DNA of 64,000 bases. It comes from Candidatus Latescibacterota bacterium. GTDB lineage: Bacteria; Latescibacterota; UBA2968; UBA8231. This document shows, in pieces, positions 30,062 through 40,448 of this stretch; the stretch's first letter is position 1, and the number at the start of each line of letters is the position of its first letter. A program made the translations under genes and the position numbers. The stretch covers positions 3,584,001-3,648,000 of the forward strand of contig CBDCDC010000002.1 in assembly GCA_965215195.1 (NCBI GenBank). The letters are read 5' to 3'. Below the pieces are notes generated by a model. The model was not told where the DNA came from. It saw only the letters and a program-made list of their open reading frames with translations, and did no database searches.

Positions 30062-30238
30062 AATAGCTTATTACCGCGTCGTTTCTGTGAGGCCAGAGTA
30101 TGCAACCAAATTGATGCAGGACGGGAACTGTGTCAAGGCAAGACGTCCCCTGCCCCACGGGCGATCACACCGCAAAGGTGCTTGCGCTCTTTACGCTTCT
30201 CACATTGACTTAGATAGACCAGAAAGGCCATCCTACCA

Positions 30239-31873
<1,635 letters not shown>

Positions 31874-31884
31874 CGGCTCCCGGC

Positions 31885-33096
31885 TCAGTGGACAATCTGC
31901 ATCAGCCGCTGCGTCATGGACCCCTCTTGGGTCAGGGCGTAGATCACGGTGTTGATTGCAAACTGTAGGATGCGGGTCGAATCGCGGCCACTGGCAAAGC
32001 CTAGATAGCCCCCGATACCCGAGTTGGCTCGGGGCACCGCCACCAGCCGCCCCTTGACGAACAAGCCCTTCACCACATTCCAATAGTACGGGTCGTCAAA
32101 ACGCGAAGCACCCTGTGCGACGCCGTCCCCCAAGTCAAAATAGGCCGTGAATATCGGATGGTCTTCCCGCAGGCGTTCGGTGTAGAAATCGCGCCCTTTG
32201 ATCAGCCCCCCGTATTTTTCTAGGGCCTCGGTCCAGAATCCGTCGAAGTCGAATTGCTCGGCCATGACAAAGCCCCCGGCCAGCAGGTAGTGCGCCAGAT
32301 TCTCCAACTCGTTTTCGTTGGGTTCGCCTTGGGGGATGATGATCGGCACCGTTAGAAAGCGGTTGTCATCAAAGGTAAAGCTGCCGACGAACTCGGCTCG
32401 CAAGCCGGTCCACTCGTTGAGCACATCGCGCAGAATGTCGATTTCCCGATTGTTGAGCCCACCATCGACGACATTGGTCTGGGTTTCGGCCATATACGTG
32501 GCCGAAACCACGCGGGCGAATTTGACAAAGCCCTTGAGTCCCTGCTTGTCGTTGGGATCCTGTATCACCAAGGCGCGGTAGCGGCCGGTGTCCATGGCAT
32601 CGACATCCAGCATCTCCAAGCCCATGTCGATTTTATGCTCGGGCATGCGGCTGATCCTCACGTTCGCTGTTACCCTCACGACCGGTTCCAGCGTCGCCCG
32701 GAACGCCTGTGAGTTGTCCTGTCCGATTTGGAGCATATTCGCTATGCCGGTCGAACGAGCGATGATGGCGCGCGTGGAGAACGCTGCGGTAGCTTGCACC
32801 TGATCCATGCGGGCGGCAGCAGCGCGCACTTGGCGGCGGATCATCGGGCGTTTGCGTTGGGGAATTTTGCGCAGCTCCAGCGCCTTGGTCAGGCGCGGTT
32901 GGCGTTTGACGAATTTGGTGGTTAGCGGCCGGGGCGCTTTTTCCGCCTGCTGCTGGAAGGGGTTGAGCAAGACCAAGATCGCGTTCAGCAGCACGGCGAG
33001 CCCCAAGGACAGCCAAAAAAATTTGCGCAGCGGGCTGAGCAGAGCATTGAGGTCCAAGTTAGCGGTGATGCGCACAAAACGCGACGGTCGGTTCAT
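31885..33096 (-). CDS. DUF4159-like domain protein with N-terminal membrane anchor
   Basis: ELENLAHYLLAGGFV, LREDHPIF..YF, INTVIYALTQEG. Confidence 0.65.
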   Translation of the reverse strand: MNRPSRFVRITANLDLNALLSPLRKFFWLSLGLAVLLNAILVLLNPFQQQAEKAPRPLTTKFVKRQPRLTKALELRKIPQRKRPMIRRQVRAAAARMDQVQATAAFSTRAIIARSTGIANMLQIGQDNSQAFRATLEPVVRVTANVRISRMPEHKIDMGLEMLDVDAMDTGRYRALVIQDPNDKQGLKGFVKFARVVSATYMAETQTNVVDGGLNNREIDILRDVLNEWTGLRAEFVGSFTFDDNRFLTVPIIIPQGEPNENELENLAHYLLAGGFVMAEQFDFDGFWTEALEKYGGLIKGRDFYTERLREDHPIFTAYFDLGDGVAQGASRFDDPYYWNVVKGLFVKGRLVAVPRANSGIGGYLGFASGRDSTRILQFAINTVIYALTQEGSMTQRLMQIVH

Positions 33097-33187
33097 AGGT
33101 CGTTATCCGGCCTGCTCATCCGCACGAGGCAGCCCTGCGGTTGGGGCTGCCCGTTGAGTCGCTCTGCCAGCGGGGTTTTCCTAATAA

Positions 33188-33392
33188 CTAAGTACACGAC
33201 ACCTCCTGTGGGTACGTTCGTGCTTGATGGTAGGACGCCCTTGAATGCGAATGAGGTATTAATTTTTTTAATTATAGTATTAATTTTATTGAATTATATG
33301 GCCGTAAAAATTGATAAATTTGATAAACAATCGCCCCTGTTGGCGGGCAGGCTGTCCGCGCACCCGGCGGAACCTTAGCGTCGTGTACTAAG
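33188..33392. mobile_element. MITE copy 2 (205 bp)
   Basis: TIRs CTAAGTACACGACAC / GCGTCGTGTACTAAG; 8-bp TSD CCTAATAA at 33180-33187 and 33393-33400. Confidence 0.8.
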
Positions 33393-33552
33393 CCTAATAA
33401 TAAAGTTCTCAACGAGGTACTGATAGATGAATACCGGGAAGCACTTGTTGGTAGGTGATCACATCGTGCGGCGCGAAATCGTGCGGCTGGCCAAGTACAT
33501 GCCGTGGCGAGACGGGCCGGAAGAGCCAGTGCGCTGGGACTAGATGTCGAGG

Positions 33553-34047
33553 CTACCCAAGGGCTTCCACGAACCGCTGAATCACGCGCTCGTTGATGTG
33601 GAGTGGATTCGACGCTTGGATCTGACGTGCGACAGCCATGGCTCGCCGCCGCGTGAGGGCACCGCCAGCGACCAGATCCACCATGAGGCCAAGTCCGAAT
33701 CGCGTTGCCACGCCGTGGCGTTCGCAGAGTCGTCGGAGCGCACCATCGTTTGTGACGCATGTCCAGCCCTCCTCGCGACATGCAACCAAGCAGAGGCGAT
33801 CATTGAAGGACACGCGGGACTCGACCTCCGTAGCCCGTACCAACTGCTCTGTCTCGACCTCGACAACCTCAATGCCGAGTTGTGCGCATTGCGTTGGCGT
33901 TACGCCCTGCACCTCATCAAGTACGGGTGCCAAGACGACCACTCGCCCTATATGCTGCACCACGAGTTCAAGGATCTTGATCTCCGAATCGCGGTAGTCA
34001 ATGAGCACATCGGCGTCGGCGAGAAGCACGGTCTGGGCCATCGCCAT
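33553..34047 (-). CDS. PIN-domain-like protein
   Basis: LLADADVLID, SFND..CL, VTNDGALRR PIN acidic motifs; abuts the HTH-ImmA gene. Confidence 0.75.
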   Translation of the reverse strand: MAMAQTVLLADADVLIDYRDSEIKILELVVQHIGRVVVLAPVLDEVQGVTPTQCAQLGIEVVEVETEQLVRATEVESRVSFNDRLCLVACREEGWTCVTNDGALRRLCERHGVATRFGLGLMVDLVAGGALTRRRAMAVARQIQASNPLHINERVIQRFVEALG

Positions 34048-35181
34048 CTACCCCACCCACTCACGTGCCTGCCTCCTCATCTCCTCCCGAGGCAGCCCCA
34101 GAATCTCGGCGGCGCGCCCGAGTGAGATGTGCTCCTGTTCGAGTGCCTGTCTCACGAGCCGCGAGAGGCGATCCTCGACAAAGTCGTGCCGGGAGAGGCC
34201 CTCTGGCTCACCGGAGCGACTCCAGTTCCAAGCAAACTCGCTTCTTTTAAGTGCTTCGGGTTCTTCAGTTCTGCGAAGTGTCTTGCCGAAGTAACTGCGA
34301 TGCTGGCGCTGGAATGCACGCCAAATATCCGAGGTTGCACGGCCCGACTCGACTAGCCGATAGAGCACGGTTTTGTAACTCACTCGGAAGATGCGCTTGA
34401 CCTTGAGGACGCGGACGAGGAGCGGGAGTCCTCGGGTCTCGTCCCACTCGGACGCAAACGCGGCTTCTGGCATTAGGAAATGGCTTGCAAAGGCGTCGGC
34501 CTCGCGCTCTGTCTGCACGGGGAGTTCGGTGGCGTCGCGCCGATACTCAGCGGGGTGGAGCAACAGATGGCCGAGTTCGTGTACCGCGGTGAAGATCCAG
34601 CGCTCCACCGAGATACGATCCCAAGTATTGACCACCACGGCAGGGCCGCCGTCCCCTGCACCGACGCTCAACCCGAAGAAGGAGTCGCTCTTCTTGTCGA
34701 GCAGCAGGAGCTTCACTCCGTTGCTTTCGAGCAACCCGCAGATGTCGCGCACTGGCTCTTCTGGCCCGAGCCCGATGGCTTTGCGTGCGGCCTGTGCGGT
34801 TTTCATAGGGCTCCCGTGCCGAATGCGAACAGCCTTGAACCGGAAGGGACACGACTGGCCGAGATCGGCTTCGACTTGGGTATAGGCGTCAATCCACTTT
34901 GCGATCTCGGCCAAGATCTGCGCCCGAGCGTGGACCCGTGCCTGGGCGCGGAATCGCACGGTTTCAAGGGGCCGAACAGGCGTCACGAGATCGCCGAGTG
35001 GAACGCCTAGCGCGTCCCCTAGAGCGACGAGGGTCCGGGCGCGTGGGACGACGATGCCTCGCTCGATCTTTCCGAGCGCGACCCGCGAGAGTCCCGCCCT
35101 GCGGGCGAGTTCCTCTTGGGTCAACTGCCGGTCCAGCCGCAGCCGGGCGATATTCGCGGCAATGTGCTCTTCACCAGCCAT
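34048..35181 (-). CDS. XRE-HTH + ImmA/IrrE metallopeptidase fusion
   Basis: ATG 35181 (AGGAG SD); LTQEELARRAGLSR..KIERG HTH; FTAVHELGH (HExxH); EREADAFAS.FLMP. Confidence 0.9.
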   Translation of the reverse strand: MAGEEHIAANIARLRLDRQLTQEELARRAGLSRVALGKIERGIVVPRARTLVALGDALGVPLGDLVTPVRPLETVRFRAQARVHARAQILAEIAKWIDAYTQVEADLGQSCPFRFKAVRIRHGSPMKTAQAARKAIGLGPEEPVRDICGLLESNGVKLLLLDKKSDSFFGLSVGAGDGGPAVVVNTWDRISVERWIFTAVHELGHLLLHPAEYRRDATELPVQTEREADAFASHFLMPEAAFASEWDETRGLPLLVRVLKVKRIFRVSYKTVLYRLVESGRATSDIWRAFQRQHRSYFGKTLRRTEEPEALKRSEFAWNWSRSGEPEGLSRHDFVEDRLSRLVRQALEQEHISLGRAAEILGLPREEMRRQAREWVG

Positions 35182-35344
35182 TGTTTCTCCTCGTAGGGTA
35201 TTTGAGCAACTCTTGACAAAATTATCATCTTTTCTCATTTTTAACAAATGATACTTTATTGGTCAGTCCTGGAGAGACTAGGATTGAGGCCAGTAGAGTT
35301 CCGCCGATGAACAAAGAATCAAATATGATAAGGGAGAACAAGAG

Positions 35345-36451
35345 ATGACACCAAAATTAACATCTTATCCGCTCGGTAATGCCGACTGCTGTCTAGTCAA
35401 ACTAACCGACGGCCGCGTTATCGTTATGGATTTCGCGGCAACCAGAGGAGATGAGGAAAATGATCTCCGTATCGACCTTCCGAAAGCCCTTCGCGAAGAC
35501 CTTGGCACACGTGATGATGTCGACGTGCTGGCCATTTCGCACCTCGATGAAGATCATTATAAGGGGGTCAGCGACGTTTTCTTTCTAAACCATGCCACCA
35601 AGTATCAGAGCGATGACCGCATCAAGATCGGAGAACTTTGGGTCCCCGCCGCCGTTATCGTAGAGGAGTCGCTCGAAGCGAAGGAGGCCAAGATCATCCG
35701 GGCCGAGGCACGTCACAGGCTCAAGGAGGGTAAGGGTATCCGCGTCTTTTCACGTCCTGAAGCCCTTGAGGAATGGCTCAACCAGCAGGGCTTGAGGCTC
35801 AGGGATCGAGCGCACCTCATCACCGACGCAGGGTGCCTCGTACCGGGGTTCTCGTTCGCATCCGGTGGAGTAGAGCTCTTTGTTCACTCGCCGTTTGCGG
35901 AGTCGGCCTCTGACGGCCGCGAGATCGTGAGAAATTCTACTTCGCTTGCGCTGCAAGCAATGTTCAAGGTTGGCGGGCGATTGACCCGTGTCTTCTTTGG
36001 TGCCGACCTAGACCACGAAGCTCTCGCTGGAATCGTCACCGTGACCAAAGCACGCGGAAACGAGAGCCGCCTAGAATACGATGTCGTGAAGTTGCCCCAT
36101 CATTGCAGCTATCTCTCACTCGGACCTGAGAAGGGAAAGACCTCGACGGAGCCTGTTCCAGAGGTCGAATGGCTCTACGAGAACCAAGGTCAATCTAGAG
36201 CAATCTTGGTGTCGTCCAGCGACCCCATTCCGCCCACGGAGACGAATGATCCTCCTCACCGACAGGCAGCCAATTACTATAAAAAAGTCGCCGACAATCT
36301 CCGGGGAGAGTTTGTCGTGACGATGGAGCACCCCAAAAAGAGCGTCCCAGAGCGACTGATCATTGAGATCGGGAGTTCGGGCGCGTCCCTAAAGAAGAAA
36401 GTCATGGTGGGTGCTCCGCTCGTAAACCGCCCAGCACGGCGAGCGGGCTGA
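35345..36451 (+). CDS. MBL-fold (ComEC-like) hydrolase with C-terminal Gly, 6A-MBL-type effector
   Basis: LGNADC, SHLDEDH (HxDxDH), FGADL, KLPHHCS; ends PARRAG-stop. Confidence 0.85.
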   Translation: MTPKLTSYPLGNADCCLVKLTDGRVIVMDFAATRGDEENDLRIDLPKALREDLGTRDDVDVLAISHLDEDHYKGVSDVFFLNHATKYQSDDRIKIGELWVPAAVIVEESLEAKEAKIIRAEARHRLKEGKGIRVFSRPEALEEWLNQQGLRLRDRAHLITDAGCLVPGFSFASGGVELFVHSPFAESASDGREIVRNSTSLALQAMFKVGGRLTRVFFGADLDHEALAGIVTVTKARGNESRLEYDVVKLPHHCSYLSLGPEKGKTSTEPVPEVEWLYENQGQSRAILVSSSDPIPPTETNDPPHRQAANYYKKVADNLRGEFVVTMEHPKKSVPERLIIEIGSSGASLKKKVMVGAPLVNRPARRAG

Positions 36452-38664
36452 TGAAGGGGGATAGCTGGGTCGTGGCAAGAGGCGAGCCGTGCGACGACAG
36501 CACCTCGTTTGCTCCCCGTGCTCGCAAGTTGGCCGAACTTCTGCGAGCAAGCGAGATTCCTTTTGCCCGTCTCGTATCCCTCTCCAAGACCGAAGATACA
36601 GATATCGTTACGCTTGAGGTCGACGTTGAGCTTGCCCAAGATCGCATTCACGATATCCGTCTGCAAGAGCGGATAGCGGCCGAATTCCCGCATGATGACG
36701 CACGAGCACCGGAGGTACTTGCCCTACGCCGTTCCTTCCCTCTTGTACCGCATCTGAATTTATGCGATGCGGAAATCCCTCGTAGTCTTTGTCTCTTTGA
36801 AGATTCTTGGCATGAAACCCAGCTCTGGTGGACGCCTGGACGCTTCGTAGAAGCCCTTCGCAATTGGCTCGCCGCAACTGCGCGAGATGAGTTGCATGCC
36901 GACGATCAGCCCTTGGAGCCACTGCTGCTGGGTACAGGTATTCCGCTTATCGTGCCAGCGAATATCGGGGAGGAAAACGGACCTGTCCGTCTCGACGTGA
37001 TCCACATCCAAACGCCTGAGATGAAACGGCCCGTTCTGGTGGCTCGGCGTCCGGAGGACATCGAGGATATTGGGCAAGAGCACGTCATATACTCCGTAGC
37101 GACGGTCCTCGTCGGTAAAGAGCAAAAGCATGGCATCATCTCACGTACGCCACGTACGCTCGCAGACCTCCGCGATCTGCTTTCGGCCGCAGAAATCGAC
37201 CTCGTTACAGAACTTGTATCTCGACTCGAGAAGTGGAGAGAGAACAAGGAACTCCTGGGCCGAAAACCGATCCTAATCACGGTTCTGCCCAAGCTCCGAA
37301 AGAGCGGCGGAGCCGTAGAGGCGACGGACATTTTTGCGTTCTCTATCGACGAGACAGTCGCGACACTTGGAGAAAAGCTCGGTCTATGGCAAATGAGAGA
37401 GGGACACGCCTGCATTCTGATTCCTCAAGAAAATCCAAACCCTGACGCAGTCAGGCTAGTATGCCTTCACCCGGTATCTGAGCTCTCGATGCGAATAGCA
37501 GCCCGTGCTGCTGGACGAGATCCAGATCTGCGTAAGGCAGTGGCAGTTGGACAAGGGGCCCTCGGTTCGCAAGTTGTGTCCAACCTGAAACGGACGGGGT
37601 TTGGTTTATGGACGCTTATTGATCACGATGTGCTTTTGCCTCATAATCTCGCACGACACGCGTTGTTCGGTTGGAAGCGGGGCTTCCCGAAGGCCCAGTG
37701 TATGGCAGCGGAGCTAGCGGCCACGGTCCAAGACTCGAAGGTACAGGCCCTCGTCTGCGATGTGCTCAAGCCAGGAGATAAGGAGACAGATCTCGCCGTG
37801 GCTCTTAATGAGGCGGAGATTGTCTTCGATTTCTCCGCGTCCACCGCAGTGGCGCGGTATCTCGCAGATGATACTTTCTCGAAGGCACGGCGAATATCGG
37901 TTTTTTTGAGTCCAAGCGGCAGATACCTCGTGATGCTTGTCGAAGATACCGCCCGAGCAGTCACGATTTATGAACTGGAAGCTCAGTTCCATCGGCTTCT
38001 TATTCGAACGAAAGACCTCCAAGAGTTCTACCAAGAAAATCCCGCATCACTTCGATACGGCGGCTCGTGCGCCGATATCTCGATGCACATACCCCAAGAT
38101 CGCGTGGCGCTCCATGCGGCAATCACGGCAGGCGCAGTGCAGCGACTCACAGCAGGAGCGCTCGTCTCAGTTTGGCATTTGACGGACGAGCTCACAGTAG
38201 AGCACCACTGCTCACAGGGGGCAGCCTGCCGGTGGTTCGAAGGATCGGGATGGAAGGTGGGCATTGATGCACATCTTGTGACCGACCTTATCGCTCGTCG
38301 ATCTCAAGGTTCGCCATCTGAGACGGGTGGCGTCCTCGTCGGTACGGTGGACGCACATCGCAAGAGTATTCTTCTTGTGGATGCGTTACCGGCTCCCCCC
38401 GATAGCGAAAAATGGCCAACGGCATTCATCCGAGGCTCAGTGGGACTTTGCAAGGACGTAGAGAAAATCGAAAAATGGACAGGTCAAGCCGTACACTACA
38501 TAGGGGAATGGCACTCACATCCTTCAGGTATATCGTTGGAAATGAGTTCTGACGATAAGCAGGTTCTAGAGTTCGTCGCCAAGCACATGCGGTCGGAGGG
38601 ACTTCCGGGAATTGTACTGATCGTTGGGGAGACAGAGATTCAGTGTCACATCAAAGCTCATTAA
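36451..38664 (+). CDS. Prokaryotic E2-E1(ThiF)-JAB fusion (Cap2/Cap3-like)
   Basis: E2: PHLN..PRSLCLF; E1: VGQGALGS, IDHD.L.PHNLARH, GGSCADIS; JAB: ETGGVLVG..YIGEWHSHP..S..D. Confidence 0.9.
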   Translation: MKGDSWVVARGEPCDDSTSFAPRARKLAELLRASEIPFARLVSLSKTEDTDIVTLEVDVELAQDRIHDIRLQERIAAEFPHDDARAPEVLALRRSFPLVPHLNLCDAEIPRSLCLFEDSWHETQLWWTPGRFVEALRNWLAATARDELHADDQPLEPLLLGTGIPLIVPANIGEENGPVRLDVIHIQTPEMKRPVLVARRPEDIEDIGQEHVIYSVATVLVGKEQKHGIISRTPRTLADLRDLLSAAEIDLVTELVSRLEKWRENKELLGRKPILITVLPKLRKSGGAVEATDIFAFSIDETVATLGEKLGLWQMREGHACILIPQENPNPDAVRLVCLHPVSELSMRIAARAAGRDPDLRKAVAVGQGALGSQVVSNLKRTGFGLWTLIDHDVLLPHNLARHALFGWKRGFPKAQCMAAELAATVQDSKVQALVCDVLKPGDKETDLAVALNEAEIVFDFSASTAVARYLADDTFSKARRISVFLSPSGRYLVMLVEDTARAVTIYELEAQFHRLLIRTKDLQEFYQENPASLRYGGSCADISMHIPQDRVALHAAITAGAVQRLTAGALVSVWHLTDELTVEHHCSQGAACRWFEGSGWKVGIDAHLVTDLIARRSQGSPSETGGVLVGTVDAHRKSILLVDALPAPPDSEKWPTAFIRGSVGLCKDVEKIEKWTGQAVHYIGEWHSHPSGISLEMSSDDKQVLEFVAKHMRSEGLPGIVLIVGETEIQCHIKAH

Positions 38665-38685
38665 AGGGTCCATCGGTAAGTGCTC

Positions 38686-40020
38686 ATGTACGATCTCGGA
38701 CTTGCGTTGTCTGGAGGTGGGTCTCGCGCCGCAGCATTTCATTGTGGAACGATCTCTGCGCTTTCGGAACTGCATCTAATTGACAAGATAGATGTTGTTT
38801 CTACGGTATCTGGCGGATCGCTCTTTGGTGCTGCTTGGGTGGCAGCAAAGGTAGATGGACAGAGTGTAAGAGAGTTCACTGATAGTATTCAGGAAGAACT
38901 TTCGTGCGGGTTCATTGCTAGGTCGCTCAGGCCGTCTCTGCTCCGCGTGCTGATTCCTAAAGCACCGTACTCGCGAACTCATTTGCTCGCGGATACCTTT
39001 GCTCGCGTTTTGTTACAGGGACTTACGCTAGGGCATCTGCCCGAACGCCCGGCTTTGTGTATAAACACGACGGTATTGAACAACGGCCAGATAGCTAAGT
39101 TTTCACGGGACGGATTCTCGGCCTGGGGAATTACTGTCCCCGGAGCCAAACCATCCCATGTAGTGCCTTGGAGCAACTTTTCCTTAGCGCGTGCTGTCGC
39201 TGCCTCCGCTGCGTTCCCAATCGGCCTTCCACCGCTAACTTTGCGGCTGAGAGACTTCCCACCCGGAACGCAATTTAGTGGCTCATTGGCTGGGGTGAAG
39301 AAAATTTACCTTACTGACGGTGGTGTGCTTGAGAACCTCGGCATTCAGACTCTTTTGAAGAGCCGACGCTATGCCTCATGGAACCTTGTTGTGAGCGATG
39401 CGGGTGTCCATGACCGACCTTGGCAGAATCGAGGGCTTGTTGGTTCGGTCAAGGGTTTCTGCATGTGGCTCTTAAGCGGACGGACCCTTGATCGGCTCAT
39501 GCTAGTGATGAACGACAAGCAGAACCGCTGGGCAAGACAGGAGATTCACGATCAATTGATTCACTCTTGGCTCGCCGAAGAGTTGCGACATGGCTCAACC
39601 GTGCCGAACAAGGGGATAGCGAGCTATTTGGACCAAGAGCCGAAACGCAGACGGCGTGCACTCTTGTTTGTTCGCGTGGCACAGAGTTGGAACTCCTTCT
39701 TTCGTTCAATCCCAAGATGGAGGCTCGTAGAGCTCGGCGGGCATGCTGGGGAGTCCGAAGCCGCGATACCTTCGAATGACGATCCCGCACGTATCGTCGC
39801 CTACTTGGAAGGAGTTGGTTGCGACCTCACTACTGCAAAAGAGTACCACGCGCAACTAGGAGGAGATAATGCTGCTCACAGGATGAACACAGTGAAGACT
39901 GGATTCACTGCCTTATCCCCGGAGACTGTGCAGCGTCTTGCAGCACATGCAGCTTGGCAAGTTCACGCTGCGCACTCCATCTACATGCCCCTCCAAGACG
40001 GCAAGATTATGTTTACCTGA
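38686..40020 (+). CDS. Patatin-like phospholipase
   Basis: LALSGGGSRAA oxyanion loop, STVSGGS nucleophile elbow, ASAAFP, TDGGV.ENLG. Confidence 0.88.
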   Translation: MYDLGLALSGGGSRAAAFHCGTISALSELHLIDKIDVVSTVSGGSLFGAAWVAAKVDGQSVREFTDSIQEELSCGFIARSLRPSLLRVLIPKAPYSRTHLLADTFARVLLQGLTLGHLPERPALCINTTVLNNGQIAKFSRDGFSAWGITVPGAKPSHVVPWSNFSLARAVAASAAFPIGLPPLTLRLRDFPPGTQFSGSLAGVKKIYLTDGGVLENLGIQTLLKSRRYASWNLVVSDAGVHDRPWQNRGLVGSVKGFCMWLLSGRTLDRLMLVMNDKQNRWARQEIHDQLIHSWLAEELRHGSTVPNKGIASYLDQEPKRRRRALLFVRVAQSWNSFFRSIPRWRLVELGGHAGESEAAIPSNDDPARIVAYLEGVGCDLTTAKEYHAQLGGDNAAHRMNTVKTGFTALSPETVQRLAAHAAWQVHAAHSIYMPLQDGKIMFT

Positions 40021-40153
40021 GACAGTACCATTCGACAATTGGACGCTCCTTTAACCGACAATCGGACGCTGGACGCTCCCTGTTTCCCCGCTCGCTGGCA
40101 CCCGTCCTACGGGAGGCTTTAGTGTAGTCCTTACCCAAGGCCGAAAGACTTAG

Positions 40154-40336
40154 GGTATTGAGGTCAAAGTCGCCAGTGCGCTCACCTCCAAAGACGGGCA
40201 AGGACTTGTGCGGCTGGCCGATCGCTGCGGCGAGGATTTTGAGCTTGGAGTGCTGCTCTACGCCGGCCGCGACCGGCTCCCGTTGGCCGACGAGCGCATA
40301 CTCTCCGTGCCGCTGAGCGAATTGTGGGAGCGGTAG
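40154..40336 (+). pseudogene. 3' remnant of an AAA+ ATPase/DUF4143 gene
   Basis: GIEVKVASALTSKDGQGLVRLADRCGEDFELGVLLYAG..VPLSELWER*, preceded by an in-frame TAG. Confidence 0.7.
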
Positions 40337-40448
40337 GGTGTGCGGCTCTCCCAAAGGGGCCGTTGACTGGGAGAAGACTCTAGGCGTAACTAAACACGGT
40401 CGGCTGATCGATGGCCGCCATGCATACCAGATTGTGAACCGAGGAGAC

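Noticed and set aside
28110-30120. Direct repeat flanking the NotI-like R-M cassette (TGCACCCAATGA versus TGCAACCAAATTGA)
   Set aside because: Too short and too mismatched to distinguish from chance.
35345-40020. Type II CBASS (Cap2/Cap3 plus CapV)
   Set aside because: No CD-NTase motif (GS..DxD) gene is present; the first gene is an MBL-fold protein.
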